Position numbers and translations under genes: made by a program
Shown here: positions 50,532 to 64,000 of the stretch, one piece after another
Layout of the letters: every line of letters starts with the position of its first letter
Position numbering within the stretch: the first letter of the stretch is position 1
Source of the DNA: Escherichia phage JM10
Length of the DNA: 64,000 nt
Direction: 5' to 3' (one strand)
Sequence record: PP400777
The notes under the pieces: model-generated
Told to the model about the DNA's origin: nothing
Databases searched by the model: none
What the model saw: only the letters and a program-made list of their open reading frames with translations

Positions 50532-51458
50532 ATGTCAGGTTATAATGCACAAAACCCTAAAGAATTAAAGGATGTAATATTACGTCGTTTAGGCGCTCCT
50601 ATTGTAAATGTTGAATTAACTACAGACCAAATTTATGATTGTATTTCACGAGCGTTAGAACTTTATGGCGAATACCATTTTGACGGGTTGAATAAAGGTT
50701 TCCATGTATTTTTTGTTGATGACGAAGAAAAATACCGTCACGGCGTATTTGATATGCGTGGTTCTAACGTATTTGCTGTAACAAGAATTATAAGAACAAA
50801 TGTTGGCTCTATTACTTCAATGGACGGTAATGCAACTTATCCATGGTTCACTGATTTCCTTTTGGGGATGGCAGGTGTTTCAGGTGGTATGGGTAGTAAT
50901 TGTGGTAAATTCTACGGCCCAAACGCTTTTGGCGCTGACCTCGGGTATTATTCTCAATTAGTATCTTATATGGGTATGCTTCAAGATATGATTGCTCCTA
51001 TTCCGGATTTTTGGTTTAACTCTGCAAACGAGCAATTAAAAGTAATGGGTAACTTTAGACAGAAAGATGTCATTATCGTTGAATCGTATGTTCGCTCTTA
51101 TATCGAGACCCATAAGATGGTAGGAAATACAGTAGGGTACGGTCAGGTAGGTCCTCGTGATTCATGGTCTATTTCTGAACGTTATGATAATCCAGACAAT
51201 AATTTGGTCGGACGTCGAGTTGGTGAAGATCCTGCAACTAAACAAGGCGCATATAACAACCGCTGGGTTAAAGATTATGCAACTGCATTAGCTAAAGAGC
51301 TTAATGGACAAATTCTTGCTAAACATCAAGGTATGATGTTACCAGGTGGCGTCACTGTTGATGGTGTTCGATTAATTGAAGAAGCTCGTTTAGAGAAAGA
51401 AGCTTTACGAGAAGAGTTATATTTACTGGACCCTCCTGCAGGTATTTTGGTAGGTTAA
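50532..51458 (+). CDS. 13: neck protein gp13
   Basis: 308 aa. Confidence 0.85.
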   Translation: MSGYNAQNPKELKDVILRRLGAPIVNVELTTDQIYDCISRALELYGEYHFDGLNKGFHVFFVDDEEKYRHGVFDMRGSNVFAVTRIIRTNVGSITSMDGNATYPWFTDFLLGMAGVSGGMGSNCGKFYGPNAFGADLGYYSQLVSYMGMLQDMIAPIPDFWFNSANEQLKVMGNFRQKDVIIVESYVRSYIETHKMVGNTVGYGQVGPRDSWSISERYDNPDNNLVGRRVGEDPATKQGAYNNRWVKDYATALAKELNGQILAKHQGMMLPGGVTVDGVRLIEEARLEKEALREELYLLDPPAGILVG

Positions 51459-51459
51459 T

Positions 51460-52095
51460 ATGGCAACATACTACAGATTGTATATTACAACATTTGAAAC
51501 ATCCACCGGTATAAAGATTTATGGTGGTAAACACAAATCAGTTTACGAAGACCCTTCAAAAGACCCTTATACTGGGTCTGGTACCTTTATACGAAGAGCC
51601 AAAAGAAAATACGGTCCGTCTTGTATAAAAGAAATTATATGGTCTAAGCCATTTGAATCTAAAGCTCTAATGGATGAAGCTGAAGAGTTACTGGTAGATG
51701 AATTATCCATTTTAGAAAATTGCGCAAATCTTGTTAAAGGGGGTGCAGGCGGAAGGTCGTATATTAACCCAGAAGATAATCCATCTATAGGACAAAAACG
51801 TTCAGTCCAATCTAAAAAGAAAATGTCTGACGCCGCGAAATCAAGAAAATGGACTGAAGAAGGGTTAAGAAAACGTAAAGAATCTACAGCAAGAATGTGG
51901 AAAGATTTCAAACATAGACATCCTGATTTTTCTGGTTCAAAAAATCCAGCAGCTCGAAAAGTTAGTGTAAATGGTAAAATATTTAACACCTGCAAAGAAT
52001 GTGGTGAAGAATTTAATATCACATCAAGCGCGGTTATAGGCCGATGCAAAAACAACAAACCTAAATGGGCAGGATGGAATTATGTCGACGTATAA
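51460..52095 (+). CDS. free-standing GIY-YIG homing endonuclease (Seg-like) between genes 13 and 14
   Basis: YRLY..(x11)..KIYGG module; NUMOD3-like basic repeats; C-terminal CKECG zinc-finger-like segment; overlaps gene 14 start by 14 nt. Confidence 0.6.
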   Translation: MATYYRLYITTFETSTGIKIYGGKHKSVYEDPSKDPYTGSGTFIRRAKRKYGPSCIKEIIWSKPFESKALMDEAEELLVDELSILENCANLVKGGAGGRSYINPEDNPSIGQKRSVQSKKKMSDAAKSRKWTEEGLRKRKESTARMWKDFKHRHPDFSGSKNPAARKVSVNGKIFNTCKECGEEFNITSSAVIGRCKNNKPKWAGWNYVDV

Positions 52096-52846
52096 TTCAA
52101 ATTTATTTGCAAAGTTAGAAAATCGAGAAGGCTATTCTAAAACTAATGAAACCGAGATTTTAAACAAATACGTGAACTTCAACAAATACGAAAATAGTCA
52201 AACCCTAGCTGATGTTCTAGTGGCAGAAAGCATACAGATGCGCGGTATTGAATGTTTTTATGTTCCGCGTGAATATGTTGCCGTGGACCTTATCTTTGGT
52301 GAGGACCTTAAAAATAAATTTACTAAAGCATGGAAATTTGCTGCATATCTGAACTCTTTTGAAGGTTATGAAGGAGCGAAATCGTTCTTCAGCAACTTCG
52401 GAATGCAAGTTCAAGACGAAGTTACATTATCTATTAACCCGGGTCTTTTCAAACACCAGGTCAACAATCAGGAGCCCAAGGAAGGTGATTTAATATACTT
52501 CCCAATGGACAACAGTTTGTTTGAGATTAACTGGGTTGAACCATATGACCCATTCTATCAAGTAGGTAAAAATGCGATTCGTAAAATTACTGCAGGCAAG
52601 TTTATTTACTCTGGCGAAGAAATCAATCCGGTGCTTCAGAAAAATGAAGGTATCAATATACCTGAATTTAGTGACTTGGAACTTAACCATGTTAGAAATC
52701 TTGACGGTATCCATGACATTAATATCGATGAATATTCTGAAGTTGAGCAAATCAATTCAGAGGCAAGTGAATACGTTGAGCCGTATGTAGTAGTTAACAA
52801 CCGTGGTAGACAAAATTCACCGTTTGACGACGGGTTTATGAATTAA
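52082..52846 (+). CDS. 14: neck protein gp14
   Basis: 254 aa. Confidence 0.85.
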   Translation: MSTYNSNLFAKLENREGYSKTNETEILNKYVNFNKYENSQTLADVLVAESIQMRGIECFYVPREYVAVDLIFGEDLKNKFTKAWKFAAYLNSFEGYEGAKSFFSNFGMQVQDEVTLSINPGLFKHQVNNQEPKEGDLIYFPMDNSLFEINWVEPYDPFYQVGKNAIRKITAGKFIYSGEEINPVLQKNEGINIPEFSDLELNHVRNLDGIHDINIDEYSEVEQINSEASEYVEPYVVVNNRGRQNSPFDDGFMN

Positions 52847-52895
52847 TAAATAGATAAGATAAAGCAAACACCGGTCGAAAGGCCGGTTAGGAGAA

Positions 52896-53720
52896 ATGAT
52901 GTTTGGTTATTTTTACAACTCGTCGTTCAGGCGATATATCACAATGATGGGCGATTTGTTTTCAAATATCCAAGTTAACCGTCAATTGTCTACAGGCAAT
53001 AAATTAATTAGAGTTCCTATTACGTATGCATCTAAAGAGCACTTTATGATGAAACTTAATAAATGGACCTCTATAAACTCACAAGAAGATGTGGCTAAAG
53101 TCGAAACTATTCTACCACGTATAAATCTCCAAATGGTGGATTTCGTTTATAACCCAACGTTTAAAACGAATATATTGAATAACTCTCTTTTGAGTAAATC
53201 GACTAAGGATATTGTAGACCAATACAACCCATCACCAATTAAAATGATTTTTGAACTGAGCATCTTTACTCGTTATGAAGATGATATGTTCCAAATCGTT
53301 GAGCAAATTATTCCATATTTTCAGCCGCATTTTAATACGACTATGATTGAGCAATATGGGCAGGATATTCCATTTGAAAGGGATATTAAAGTCGTATGGA
53401 TGGCAGCAGCAATGGATGAACAAATAGACGGTGATAATTTATCTCGTCGACGTTTAGAGTGGTCATTAACATTTGAAGTAAATGGATGGATGTATCCTCC
53501 GGTAGGCGCAGCTGAAGGCCTTATTAAAACGACTTATCTTGATTTTCATGCTAATGAACGAGACCTTCAAACAGCCGCCAGTGTTTTTGAATCAGTTGAT
53601 ACAGAAATTAAACCGAGAGACGTTGAAGCACAAGATTGGAATGGCGAAGTTGAACAAACTTATACTCATGATATTCCAATCCCGACTCCACCAACCCCTC
53701 CTGGTCCTAGAAAACAATAA
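52896..53720 (+). CDS. 15: tail sheath stabilizer / connector gp15
   Basis: MFGYFYNSSFRRY..; 274 aa. Confidence 0.9.
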   Translation: MMFGYFYNSSFRRYITMMGDLFSNIQVNRQLSTGNKLIRVPITYASKEHFMMKLNKWTSINSQEDVAKVETILPRINLQMVDFVYNPTFKTNILNNSLLSKSTKDIVDQYNPSPIKMIFELSIFTRYEDDMFQIVEQIIPYFQPHFNTTMIEQYGQDIPFERDIKVVWMAAAMDEQIDGDNLSRRRLEWSLTFEVNGWMYPPVGAAEGLIKTTYLDFHANERDLQTAASVFESVDTEIKPRDVEAQDWNGEVEQTYTHDIPIPTPPTPPGPRKQ

Positions 53721-56046
<2,326 letters not shown>

Positions 56047-56073
56047 AAATAAAGCAAATTAAGAGGAATTAAA

Positions 56074-58056
56074 ATGTCACTTCTCTCTCCGGGCGTTGAG
56101 CTCAAAGAAACTACCGTACAGAGTACTGTAGTTAATAACTCCACTGGTACTGCTGCCCTGGCTGGAAAATTCCAATGGGGACCTGCATTCCAGATTAAAC
56201 AAATCACTGATGAAGTTGCATTGGTTGATATGTTTGGTACTCCTAATACGGATACAGCAGATTATTTCATGTCTGCTATGAACTTCCTTCAATATGGTAA
56301 TGACCTTCGTGTTGTACGCGCAGTTGATCGTGATACTGCTAAGAACTCATCTCCTGTAGCAGGCAATATTGAATTCACAATCTCTGCTGCTGGTAGTAAC
56401 TATGCGGTTGGTGATAAAATTATCGTTAAGTATTTGACCGAAACTGTTGAAGCAGATGGTTATGTCACTTCAGTTGATGTCGATGGTAAAATTCGTAACA
56501 TTTATATCCCAACCGGTAAAATTATTGCTCGTGCAAAAGAAATTAATGAATATCCGGCATTGGGTTCTAACTGGACCGCCGAAGTTGCCAGTTCTTCTTC
56601 TGGTCTCTCTGGCGTTATTACAATTGGTTCTATCGTAACCGATTCGGGTATTCTGTTAACTGAAGTTGAAACTTCTGAAGAAGCTATTACTTCTCTAACT
56701 TTCCAAGAATCTATTAAAAAATATGGTGTCCCAGGCGTAGTTGCTCTTTATCCTGGTGAACTTGGCGACCAACTCGAAATTGAAATCGTATCTAAAGCAG
56801 ACTACGACAAAGGTGCTTCAGCCCAGTTAAAAATTTATCCTGATGGTGGTACTCGTGCATCTACTGCTAAAGCAATCTTTGGGTACGGCCCACAAACTGA
56901 TGACCAATATGCAATTATAGTTCGTCGTAACGATGCTGTAGTCCAGAGTGTAGTTCTTTCTACTAAACGCGGTGAACGCGATATTTATGGTAGTAATATC
57001 TTTATTGATGATTTCTTTGCTAAAGGCGCAAGCAATTATATTTTCGCTACTGCACAAGGTTGGCCAAAAGGTTTCTCTGGCGTAATCAAACTGGGCGGCG
57101 GCTTATCATCTAATGAAACTGTTGACGCTGGTGATTTAATGGAAGCTTGGGATTTGTTTGCTGACCGTGAATCTGTTAATGCGCAGTTGTTTATTGCTGG
57201 TTCTTGTGCAGGTGAATCTTTAGAAGTTGCTTCTACAGTTCAGAAACATGTTGTAGCAATTGGTGATTCTCGCCAAGATTGTTTGGTTCTTTGCTCACCA
57301 CCACGTGCAACTATAGTCGGTATTCCTGTTAATCGTGCAGTTGATAATCTGGTTGATTGGCGTACTGCGTCAGGAACTTACACTGATAATAACTTTAATG
57401 TAAGTTCTACTTATGCTGCTATTGACGGTAACTATAAATATCAATATGACAAATATAATGATGTGAATCGTTGGGTTCCATTAGCTGCTGATATTGCTGG
57501 TCTTTGTGCTCGCACAGACAATATTTCTCAGCCTTGGATGTCTCCTGCCGGTTATAACCGTGGACAAATTCTTAACGTTATTAAGCTTGCAATTGAAACT
57601 CGCCAAGCGCAGCGTGATCGTTTGTACCAGGAAGCTATTAATCCTGTTACTGGTACCGGTGGTGATGGGTATGTTCTGTACGGTGATAAAACTGCCACTT
57701 CTGTTCCTTCACCATTTGACCGTATTAACGTTCGTCGTTTGTTCAATATGGTTAAAACGAACATTGGTTCAGCATCTAAATATCGCCTGTTTGAATTGAA
57801 CAACGCATTTACCCGTTCTTCTTTCCGTACAGAGACTTCTCAATATCTACAGGGTATTAAAGCTCTCGGTGGTGTATATAACTTTAAAGTTGTTTGTGAT
57901 ACTACCAATAACACACCAGCAGTTATCGACCGTAATGAATTTGTAGCTACTTTCTACTTACAACCTGCGAGATCGATAAATTATATTACGTTGAACTTTG
58001 TAGCAACAGCAACGGGTGCCGATTTCGACGAACTAATTGGTGCTGTAGGTGCCTAA
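56074..58056 (+). CDS. 18: tail sheath protein gp18
   Basis: 660 aa. Confidence 0.9.
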   Translation: MSLLSPGVELKETTVQSTVVNNSTGTAALAGKFQWGPAFQIKQITDEVALVDMFGTPNTDTADYFMSAMNFLQYGNDLRVVRAVDRDTAKNSSPVAGNIEFTISAAGSNYAVGDKIIVKYLTETVEADGYVTSVDVDGKIRNIYIPTGKIIARAKEINEYPALGSNWTAEVASSSSGLSGVITIGSIVTDSGILLTEVETSEEAITSLTFQESIKKYGVPGVVALYPGELGDQLEIEIVSKADYDKGASAQLKIYPDGGTRASTAKAIFGYGPQTDDQYAIIVRRNDAVVQSVVLSTKRGERDIYGSNIFIDDFFAKGASNYIFATAQGWPKGFSGVIKLGGGLSSNETVDAGDLMEAWDLFADRESVNAQLFIAGSCAGESLEVASTVQKHVVAIGDSRQDCLVLCSPPRATIVGIPVNRAVDNLVDWRTASGTYTDNNFNVSSTYAAIDGNYKYQYDKYNDVNRWVPLAADIAGLCARTDNISQPWMSPAGYNRGQILNVIKLAIETRQAQRDRLYQEAINPVTGTGGDGYVLYGDKTATSVPSPFDRINVRRLFNMVKTNIGSASKYRLFELNNAFTRSSFRTETSQYLQGIKALGGVYNFKVVCDTTNNTPAVIDRNEFVATFYLQPARSINYITLNFVATATGADFDELIGAVGA

Positions 58057-58088
58057 TAAGACGCCTGATGGGCTATTTCGGTAGCCCA

Positions 58089-58096
58089 TATAAATA
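58089..58096 (+). promoter_or_regulatory. T4 late promoter TATAAATA for gene 19, preceded by hairpin 58070-58087
   Basis: GGGCTA-TTTCGG-TAGCCC hairpin then TATAAATA. Confidence 0.6.
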
Positions 58097-58168
58097 TACT
58101 ATATCGTTTAAAAATTAATTCTATGGGCATCCGGTTAATCCTAAGCCCATATTACTACAGAGGCTAAT

Positions 58169-58660
58169 ATGTTTGTAGATGACGTAACTCGTGCCTTCGA
58201 ATCAGGTGATTTCGCTCGCCCTAACCTGTTCGAAGTAGAAATCTCTTATCTTGGGCAAAACTTTAGCTTCCAGTGTCGTGCTACGGCTCTTCCTGCTGCG
58301 ATCGTTGAAAAGGTTCCTGTTTCTTATATGAACCGTAAAATTAACGTGGCCGGCGATCGTACATTTGATGATTGGACTATTACAGTAATGAACGATGATG
58401 CTCATAGCATTCGTCAGAAATTTGTTGATTGGCAAGGTATTGCAGCAGGACAAGGTAATGAAATTACCGGTGGTAAACCTGCTGAATATAAAAAGTCTGC
58501 TATCGTTCGTCAATTTGCTCGTGATGCTAAAACGGTCACTAAAGAAGTTGAAATTGTCGGCTTGTGGCCTACTAACGTTGGTGAAGTATCTCTTGATTGG
58601 GATTCGAATAACGAGATTGAAACGTTCGAAGTAACTCTTGCTCTTGATTGGTGGGAATAA
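58169..58660 (+). CDS. 19: tail tube protein gp19
   Basis: 163 aa. Confidence 0.9.
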   Translation: MFVDDVTRAFESGDFARPNLFEVEISYLGQNFSFQCRATALPAAIVEKVPVSYMNRKINVAGDRTFDDWTITVMNDDAHSIRQKFVDWQGIAAGQGNEITGGKPAEYKKSAIVRQFARDAKTVTKEVEIVGLWPTNVGEVSLDWDSNNEIETFEVTLALDWWE

Positions 58661-58708
58661 TCTGGTTGGGGAGAAATCCCCAGCTTCCCGTGATGACGGA
58701 GAAGTCCA

Positions 58709-58716
58709 TATAAATA
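58709..58716 (+). promoter_or_regulatory. T4 late promoter TATAAATA for gene 20, preceded by hairpin 58668-58681
   Basis: GGGGAGAAATCCCC hairpin then TATAAATA. Confidence 0.6.
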
Positions 58717-58744
58717 TAACTATAATTCCCATTCGGAGAATACA

Positions 58745-60316
58745 ATGAAATTTAATATCTTAAGTTTGTTTGCTCCATGGGCAAAAATGGACGAACGTGA
58801 TTACAAAGACCAAGAAAAAGAAAATTTAGAATCTATCACCGCACCAAAATTAGACGACGGCGCTAAAGAATACGAAGTATCTGAAAATGAAGCACAGCAA
58901 ACATATAATGCTATGTTTCAGAGAATGTTCGGTAGTCAAGAACCAGGGCTCAAATCAACCCGTGAATTAATCGATACGTATCGAAATTTGATGACGAACT
59001 ATGAAGTGGATAATGCAGTCTCTGAAATAGTTTCCGATGCTATCGTATATGAAGATGATACAGAAGTCGTTTCTATAAATTTAGACAACACAAAATTTAG
59101 TCCAAATATAAAATCAATGATGTTGGATGAATTTAACGAAGTGTTGAATCATTTATCTTTCCAACGTAAAGGTTCAGACCATTTTAGGCGTTGGTATGTA
59201 GATTCTCGAATTTTCTTCCATAAAATTATTGACCCTAAACGCCCTAAAGAAGGTATTAAAGAGCTTCGTCGTTTAGACCCACGTCAAGTTCAATATGTCC
59301 GTGAAGTTATTACAACCACTGAAGCCGGTGTTAAAATAGTCAAGGGTTATAAAGAATATTTCATTTATGACACATCACACGAATCTTATGCTTGTGATGG
59401 TCGCATATATGAAGCTGGCACAAAAATAAAAATCCCTAAAGCCGCGATTGTTTATGCCCATTCTGGTTTAGTTGATTGTTGTGGTAAAAATATCATCGGT
59501 TATTTGCATCGGGCTATTAAGCCGGCGAACCAATTAAAACTTCTTGAAGATGCCGTCGTAATTTATCGTATTACTCGTGCTCCCGATCGTCGTGTATGGT
59601 ACGTTGATACAGGTAATATGCCTTCAAGAAAAGCAGCAGAACATATGCAACATGTTATGAATACGATGAAAAACCGTATTGCATATGATGCTACTACAGG
59701 CAAGATTAAAAACCAACAGCATATTATGTCGATGACCGAAGATTATTGGTTACAACGACGTGACGGTAAAGCAGTAACAGAAGTTGACACATTACCAGGT
59801 GCAGATAATACTGGAAATATGGAAGATGTACGTTGGTTCCGTAATGCGCTTTATATGGCTTTACGTATTCCTATTACCCGTATTCCAAGTGACCAAGGTG
59901 GTATACAGTTTGATGCTGGTACTTCTATTACACGAGATGAATTGTCATTTGGTAAATTTATTCGTGAGCTGCAACATAAATTTGAAGAGATATTCCTAGA
60001 CCCGCTTAAAACTAATTTAATTCTTAAAGGAATTATTACAGAAGATGAGTGGAATGATGAAATAAATAATATTAAGATAAAATTTCATCGGGATAGTTAT
60101 TTCTCGGAATTAAAGGATGCTGAGATTCTGGAGCGTCGCATTAATATGCTTCAGATGGCCGAACCATTTATTGGTAAATATATTTCTCACAGAACAGCTA
60201 TGAAAGATATTCTTCAGATGTCTGATGAGGAAATTGAACAAGAGGCTAAGCAAATTGAAGAAGAGTCGAAAGAGGCTCGTTTCCAAGACCCCGACCAAGA
60301 ACAAGAGGATTTTTAA
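58745..60316 (+). CDS. 20: portal vertex protein gp20
   Basis: 523 aa. Confidence 0.9.
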   Translation: MKFNILSLFAPWAKMDERDYKDQEKENLESITAPKLDDGAKEYEVSENEAQQTYNAMFQRMFGSQEPGLKSTRELIDTYRNLMTNYEVDNAVSEIVSDAIVYEDDTEVVSINLDNTKFSPNIKSMMLDEFNEVLNHLSFQRKGSDHFRRWYVDSRIFFHKIIDPKRPKEGIKELRRLDPRQVQYVREVITTTEAGVKIVKGYKEYFIYDTSHESYACDGRIYEAGTKIKIPKAAIVYAHSGLVDCCGKNIIGYLHRAIKPANQLKLLEDAVVIYRITRAPDRRVWYVDTGNMPSRKAAEHMQHVMNTMKNRIAYDATTGKIKNQQHIMSMTEDYWLQRRDGKAVTEVDTLPGADNTGNMEDVRWFRNALYMALRIPITRIPSDQGGIQFDAGTSITRDELSFGKFIRELQHKFEEIFLDPLKTNLILKGIITEDEWNDEINNIKIKFHRDSYFSELKDAEILERRINMLQMAEPFIGKYISHRTAMKDILQMSDEEIEQEAKQIEEESKEARFQDPDQEQEDF

Positions 60317-60546
60317 TGGACGATTTAATTCAAGCTATTAAATCAAACGACCTCGTTGCTACTCGAAAGTTTTTTGAAAGTGCAATGGCAGAAAAAACGG
60401 TTCGTTTGATTGAAGCACGCAAAGCAGAAATCGCTTCTCAATTTTTGATTGAAGGCGAAGAACCTGAAGAAGAAAAGAAAGCTTCGGAAGACGACGCTGA
60501 TGAAGGCGATGACGACGAAGACGAAGATGATGAGGACGATGAATAA
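60316..60546 (+). CDS. 67: prohead core protein gp67
   Basis: 76 aa with acidic D/E-rich C-terminus. Confidence 0.75.
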   Translation: MDDLIQAIKSNDLVATRKFFESAMAEKTVRLIEARKAEIASQFLIEGEEPEEEKKASEDDADEGDDDEDEDDEDDE

Positions 60547-60971
60547 TGTATCTTATCCCTGAATCTTATGAATTGGTACTCGAAAATGTCGAAGCACTTA
60601 TTCCTGAAGCACAGGGCCGAATCGATGCATTGTCTTCTGCTCTCGATATTGACGATATAAATACTATTATCGAGAACATGCTTGAAACTGAAACGGATTT
60701 AGCTGTTGCAATGGCTTCCATTATTAATGAAGAACAGTTAAATGAGTTTATCGTTAAACATGTTTCTTCTCGTGGTGAAGTCACCCGCACTAAAGACCGT
60801 AAAACTCGTGAACGTAACGCGTTCCAAACCACTGGTCTTTCTAAAGCAAAACGTAGACAAATCGCTCGTAAGGTCGTTAAAGCTAAAAAAGCTAACCCTT
60901 CAGGCCAAGTTAAAGGCTTGCGTAAGCGTAAAAAAGCTCTTAAACGTCGTAAAGCATTAGGATTAAGCTAA
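60546..60971 (+). CDS. 68: prohead core protein gp68
   Basis: 141 aa. Confidence 0.75.
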   Translation: MYLIPESYELVLENVEALIPEAQGRIDALSSALDIDDINTIIENMLETETDLAVAMASIINEEQLNEFIVKHVSSRGEVTRTKDRKTRERNAFQTTGLSKAKRRQIARKVVKAKKANPSGQVKGLRKRKKALKRRKALGLS

Positions 60972-61612
60972 TGAATAAACCCGAGTTACTTATTGAAACT
61001 TGGGGTCAACCCGGTGAGATTATTGATGGCGTTCCAATGTTGGAATCTCATGATGGAAAAGATTCTGGCTTAAAACCAGGGCTTTATATAGAAGGTATTT
61101 TTCTTCAGGCAGAGGTTGTTAACCGAAATAAACGTTTATATCCTAAACGCGTTTTGGAAAAAGCAGTAAGTGACTATATTAAAGAACAAGTCGCAACCAA
61201 ACAAGCCCTTGGAGAATTAAACCATCCACCTCGTGCAAATGTTGACCCTATGCAAGCCGCTATCATTATTGAAGATATGTGGTGGAAAGGAAACGATGTA
61301 TATGGACGTGCTAGAATTATTGAAGGCGACCATGGTCCCGGTGATAAATTAGCTGCTAATATACGAGCTGGTTGGATTCCAGGTGTTTCCTCTCGTGGTC
61401 TTGGTTCTTTAACCGACACCAATAAAGGGTACCGTATCGTGAACGAAGGATTTAAATTAACCGTCGGCGTAGATGCCGTATGGGGACCTTCTGCTCCAGA
61501 TGCTTGGGTTACTCCTAAACAAATATCAGAATCAGAAAATTCGGTGGAAATCACCAAAAACAGTGCTGACGAAGCATTTAAAGCTCTCGCAGAGAGTTTA
61601 AAAGCATTATAA
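60971..61612 (+). CDS. 21: prohead core protease gp21
   Basis: 213 aa. Confidence 0.85.
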   Translation: MNKPELLIETWGQPGEIIDGVPMLESHDGKDSGLKPGLYIEGIFLQAEVVNRNKRLYPKRVLEKAVSDYIKEQVATKQALGELNHPPRANVDPMQAAIIIEDMWWKGNDVYGRARIIEGDHGPGDKLAANIRAGWIPGVSSRGLGSLTDTNKGYRIVNEGFKLTVGVDAVWGPSAPDAWVTPKQISESENSVEITKNSADEAFKALAESLKAL

Positions 61613-61615
61613 ATA
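61608..61615 (+). promoter_or_regulatory. T4 late promoter TATAAATA for gene 22
   Basis: exact TATAAATA overlapping the gene 21 stop. Confidence 0.55.
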
Positions 61616-61645
61616 ATAATGTAATCTAAACCACAGGACACTAAA

Positions 61646-62458
61646 ATGATCAAAGAACAACTTTTGAAAGAAGCTCAGAACATCGAGACTTCAGTTGCTC
61701 TTAATAGTGTTTTCGAATCAGTAGAACTGTCTCCGGACGTTAAAGCTAATTTCAGCACTGTATTCGAAGCCACCGTTAAGCAGGAAGCAGTCAAACTTGC
61801 TGAATCTCATATCAAAGCCATCGCCGAAAAGGCCGAAGAAGAAGTTGAAAAGGCTAAAGAAGATGCTGAAGAGAAAGCTGATAAAAAATTGGCTGAACAA
61901 GCTTCTAAATTCCTAGACCATCTTGCAAAAGAATGGCTCGCAGAAAACCAAATCGCAGTTGATAAAGGCATTAAAGCTGATTTGTTCGAATCCATGCTTG
62001 GTGGTCTGAAAGAACTGTTTGTTGAACATAACGTTGTTGTTCCAGAAGAATCTGTAGATGTTGTAGCAGAAATGGAAGAAGAGCTGGCCGAACATAAAGA
62101 AGAAACCGCTCGTTTGTTCGAAGAAGTTACCAAACGTGATGCATATATCAATTACGTTCAGCGTGAAACCGCTATTAATGAAAGCGTAAAAGACCTGACT
62201 GAATCTCAGAAAGAAAAAGTTATTGGCCTGGTTGAAGGTATGGATTATTCTGACGCATTTGGTACTAAGTTAACTGCTATTGTAGAAATGGTTAAAGGTT
62301 CTACTAAAGAAGAAGCCGCTATTACCGAAAGTATAAATACAGTTGACAATGACGCTGCCGGTCTTAATTTTGTTGCCGAAGCAGTTGACACTACCACAAC
62401 TCAGGTAGAACAGAATTCTAATGTAAGTTTATATGCGAAAGTCGCATCTCGTTTCTAA
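61646..62458 (+). CDS. 22: prohead core scaffold protein gp22
   Basis: 270 aa; acidic and helical. Confidence 0.85.
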   Translation: MIKEQLLKEAQNIETSVALNSVFESVELSPDVKANFSTVFEATVKQEAVKLAESHIKAIAEKAEEEVEKAKEDAEEKADKKLAEQASKFLDHLAKEWLAENQIAVDKGIKADLFESMLGGLKELFVEHNVVVPEESVDVVAEMEEELAEHKEETARLFEEVTKRDAYINYVQRETAINESVKDLTESQKEKVIGLVEGMDYSDAFGTKLTAIVEMVKGSTKEEAAITESINTVDNDAAGLNFVAEAVDTTTTQVEQNSNVSLYAKVASRF

Positions 62459-62475
62459 TTTAAAGGTTAACACAA

Positions 62476-64000
62476 ATGACTACTATCAAAACTAAAGCTC
62501 AGCTCGTAGACAAATGGAAAGAACTGCTGGAAGGTGAAGGCCTGCCGGAAATCGCTAATAGCAAGCAGGCTATTATCGCTAAAATCTTCGAAAACCAGGA
62601 AAAAGATTTCGAAGTATCCCCTGAATATAAAGACGAGAAAATCGCTCAGGCATTTGGTTCTTTCTTGACCGAAGCTGAAATTGGTGGTGACCACGGTTAT
62701 AATGCTCAGAACATCGCAGCAGGTCAAACCTCTGGTGCAGTAACCCAGATTGGGCCGGCAGTTATGGGTATGGTTCGTCGTGCTATTCCTAATCTGATCG
62801 CTTTTGATATTTGTGGTGTTCAGCCTATGAACAGCCCTACCGGTCAGGTATTTGCTCTCCGTGCAGTATATGGTAAAGACCCTATCGCTGCTGGCGCTAA
62901 AGAAGCTTTCCATCCGATGTATGCTCCAGATGCGATGTTCTCTGGTCAGGGTGCTGCTAAGAAATTCCCAGCTCTGGCTGCTAGCACTACTACTGTTGTA
63001 GGTGATATCTATACTCACTTCTTCCAGGAAACTGGTACTGTATATCTGCAAGCTTCTGCTGTCGTAACACTTGATTCTGGTGCAACTGATGCAGCTAAAT
63101 TAGATGCAGAAGTTAAGAAACAAATGGAAGCTGGTGCACTGGTAGAAATCGCTGAAGGTATGGCTACTTCTATCGCTGAACTCCAGGAAGGTTTCAACGG
63201 TTCTACCGATAACCCATGGAATGAAATGGGCTTCCGTATCGATAAACAAGTTATCGAAGCTAAATCTCGCCAGTTGAAAGCTGCTTACTCTATCGAATTA
63301 GCACAAGACCTCCGTGCAGTACACGGTATGGATGCTGATGCTGAACTGAGCGGTATTCTGGCTACAGAAATTATGCTAGAAATCAACCGTGAAGTTGTTG
63401 ATTGGATTAACTACTCTGCACAGGTTGGTAAATCTGGTATGACCCTGACTCCGGGTTCTAAAGCTGGTGTATTTGACTTCCAGGACCCGATTGATATCCG
63501 TGGTGCTCGTTGGGCCGGTGAAAGCTTTAAATCTCTGTTGTTCCAGATTGATAAAGAAGCAGTTGAAATTGCTCGTCAAACCGGTCGTGGTGAAGGTAAC
63601 TTCATTATCGCTTCCCGTAACGTAGTTAACGTACTGGCTTCAGTTGATACTGGTATTTCTTACGCTGCACAGGGCCTGGCTTCTGGTTTTAATACCGACA
63701 CTACTAAATCTGTATTTGCCGGTGTACTTGGTGGTAAATACCGCGTATACATAGACCAGTATGCTAAACAGGATTACTTCACCGTTGGTTACAAAGGCGC
63801 TAACGAAATGGATGCAGGTATTTACTATGCTCCTTACGTTGCACTTACCCCACTGCGTGGTTCCGATCCTAAGAACTTCCAGCCGGTAATGGGCTTTAAA
63901 ACTCGTTACGGTATCGGTGTTAACCCGTTTGCTGAAAGTTCCCTGCAGGCTCCAGGTGCTCGCATCCAGTCTGGTATGCCGTCTATCCTGAACAGCCTTG
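62476..64000 (+). CDS. 23: major capsid protein gp23 (3'-truncated by window end)
   Basis: MTTIKTKAQLVDKWKELLEGEG.. N-terminus; runs to the window edge. Confidence 0.9.
   Translation, partial: MTTIKTKAQLVDKWKELLEGEGLPEIANSKQAIIAKIFENQEKDFEVSPEYKDEKIAQAFGSFLTEAEIGGDHGYNAQNIAAGQTSGAVTQIGPAVMGMVRRAIPNLIAFDICGVQPMNSPTGQVFALRAVYGKDPIAAGAKEAFHPMYAPDAMFSGQGAAKKFPALAASTTTVVGDIYTHFFQETGTVYLQASAVVTLDSGATDAAKLDAEVKKQMEAGALVEIAEGMATSIAELQEGFNGSTDNPWNEMGFRIDKQVIEAKSRQLKAAYSIELAQDLRAVHGMDADAELSGILATEIMLEINREVVDWINYSAQVGKSGMTLTPGSKAGVFDFQDPIDIRGARWAGESFKSLLFQIDKEAVEIARQTGRGEGNFIIASRNVVNVLASVDTGISYAAQGLASGFNTDTTKSVFAGVLGGKYRVYIDQYAKQDYFTVGYKGANEMDAGIYYAPYVALTPLRGSDPKNFQPVMGFKTRYGIGVNPFAESSLQAPGARIQSGMPSILNSL

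Noticed and set aside
60481-60546. Acidic D/E run at the end of gp67 as a low-complexity artefact
   Set aside because: It is in frame within the prohead core protein gene and consistent with an acidic core protein.

Overview
This window is a T4-like (Tequatrovirus-type) phage genome segment, related to but not identical with T4. Coordinates 1-34800 are early and middle genes on the minus strand: nrdH-like, nrdG, an intron-split nrdD with an intron-encoded GIY-YIG homing endonuclease, gene 49, nrdC, a hyperplastic block of ORFans, rI, tk, regB, a vs.x block, ipII/ipIII-like genes, e lysozyme, nudE, a second ORFan block, a small tRNA cluster, an ipI-like locus, 57B (Acb1-like), 57A and genes 1, 3, 2, 4. 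Coordinates 34865-64000 are the late morphogenesis operon on the plus strand: 53, 5, 5.1, 5.4, 6-12, wac, 13, a Seg-like homing endonuclease, 14-22 and the start of 23. Gene names come from my recall of T4 protein sequences, gene order and motifs; no database search was run. I did not find one obviously new multi-gene system. The most interesting material is in the accessory regions: a tandem triad of small proteins sharing a C-terminal GWVxSSxxC motif, many small proteins carrying the T4 capsid-targeting sequence (likely injected anti-defence proteins), candidate anti-CBASS genes, a macro-domain protein, a GrcA-like glycyl-radical protein, two homing endonucleases, and repeated early-promoter/stem-loop cassettes flanking the ORFans.
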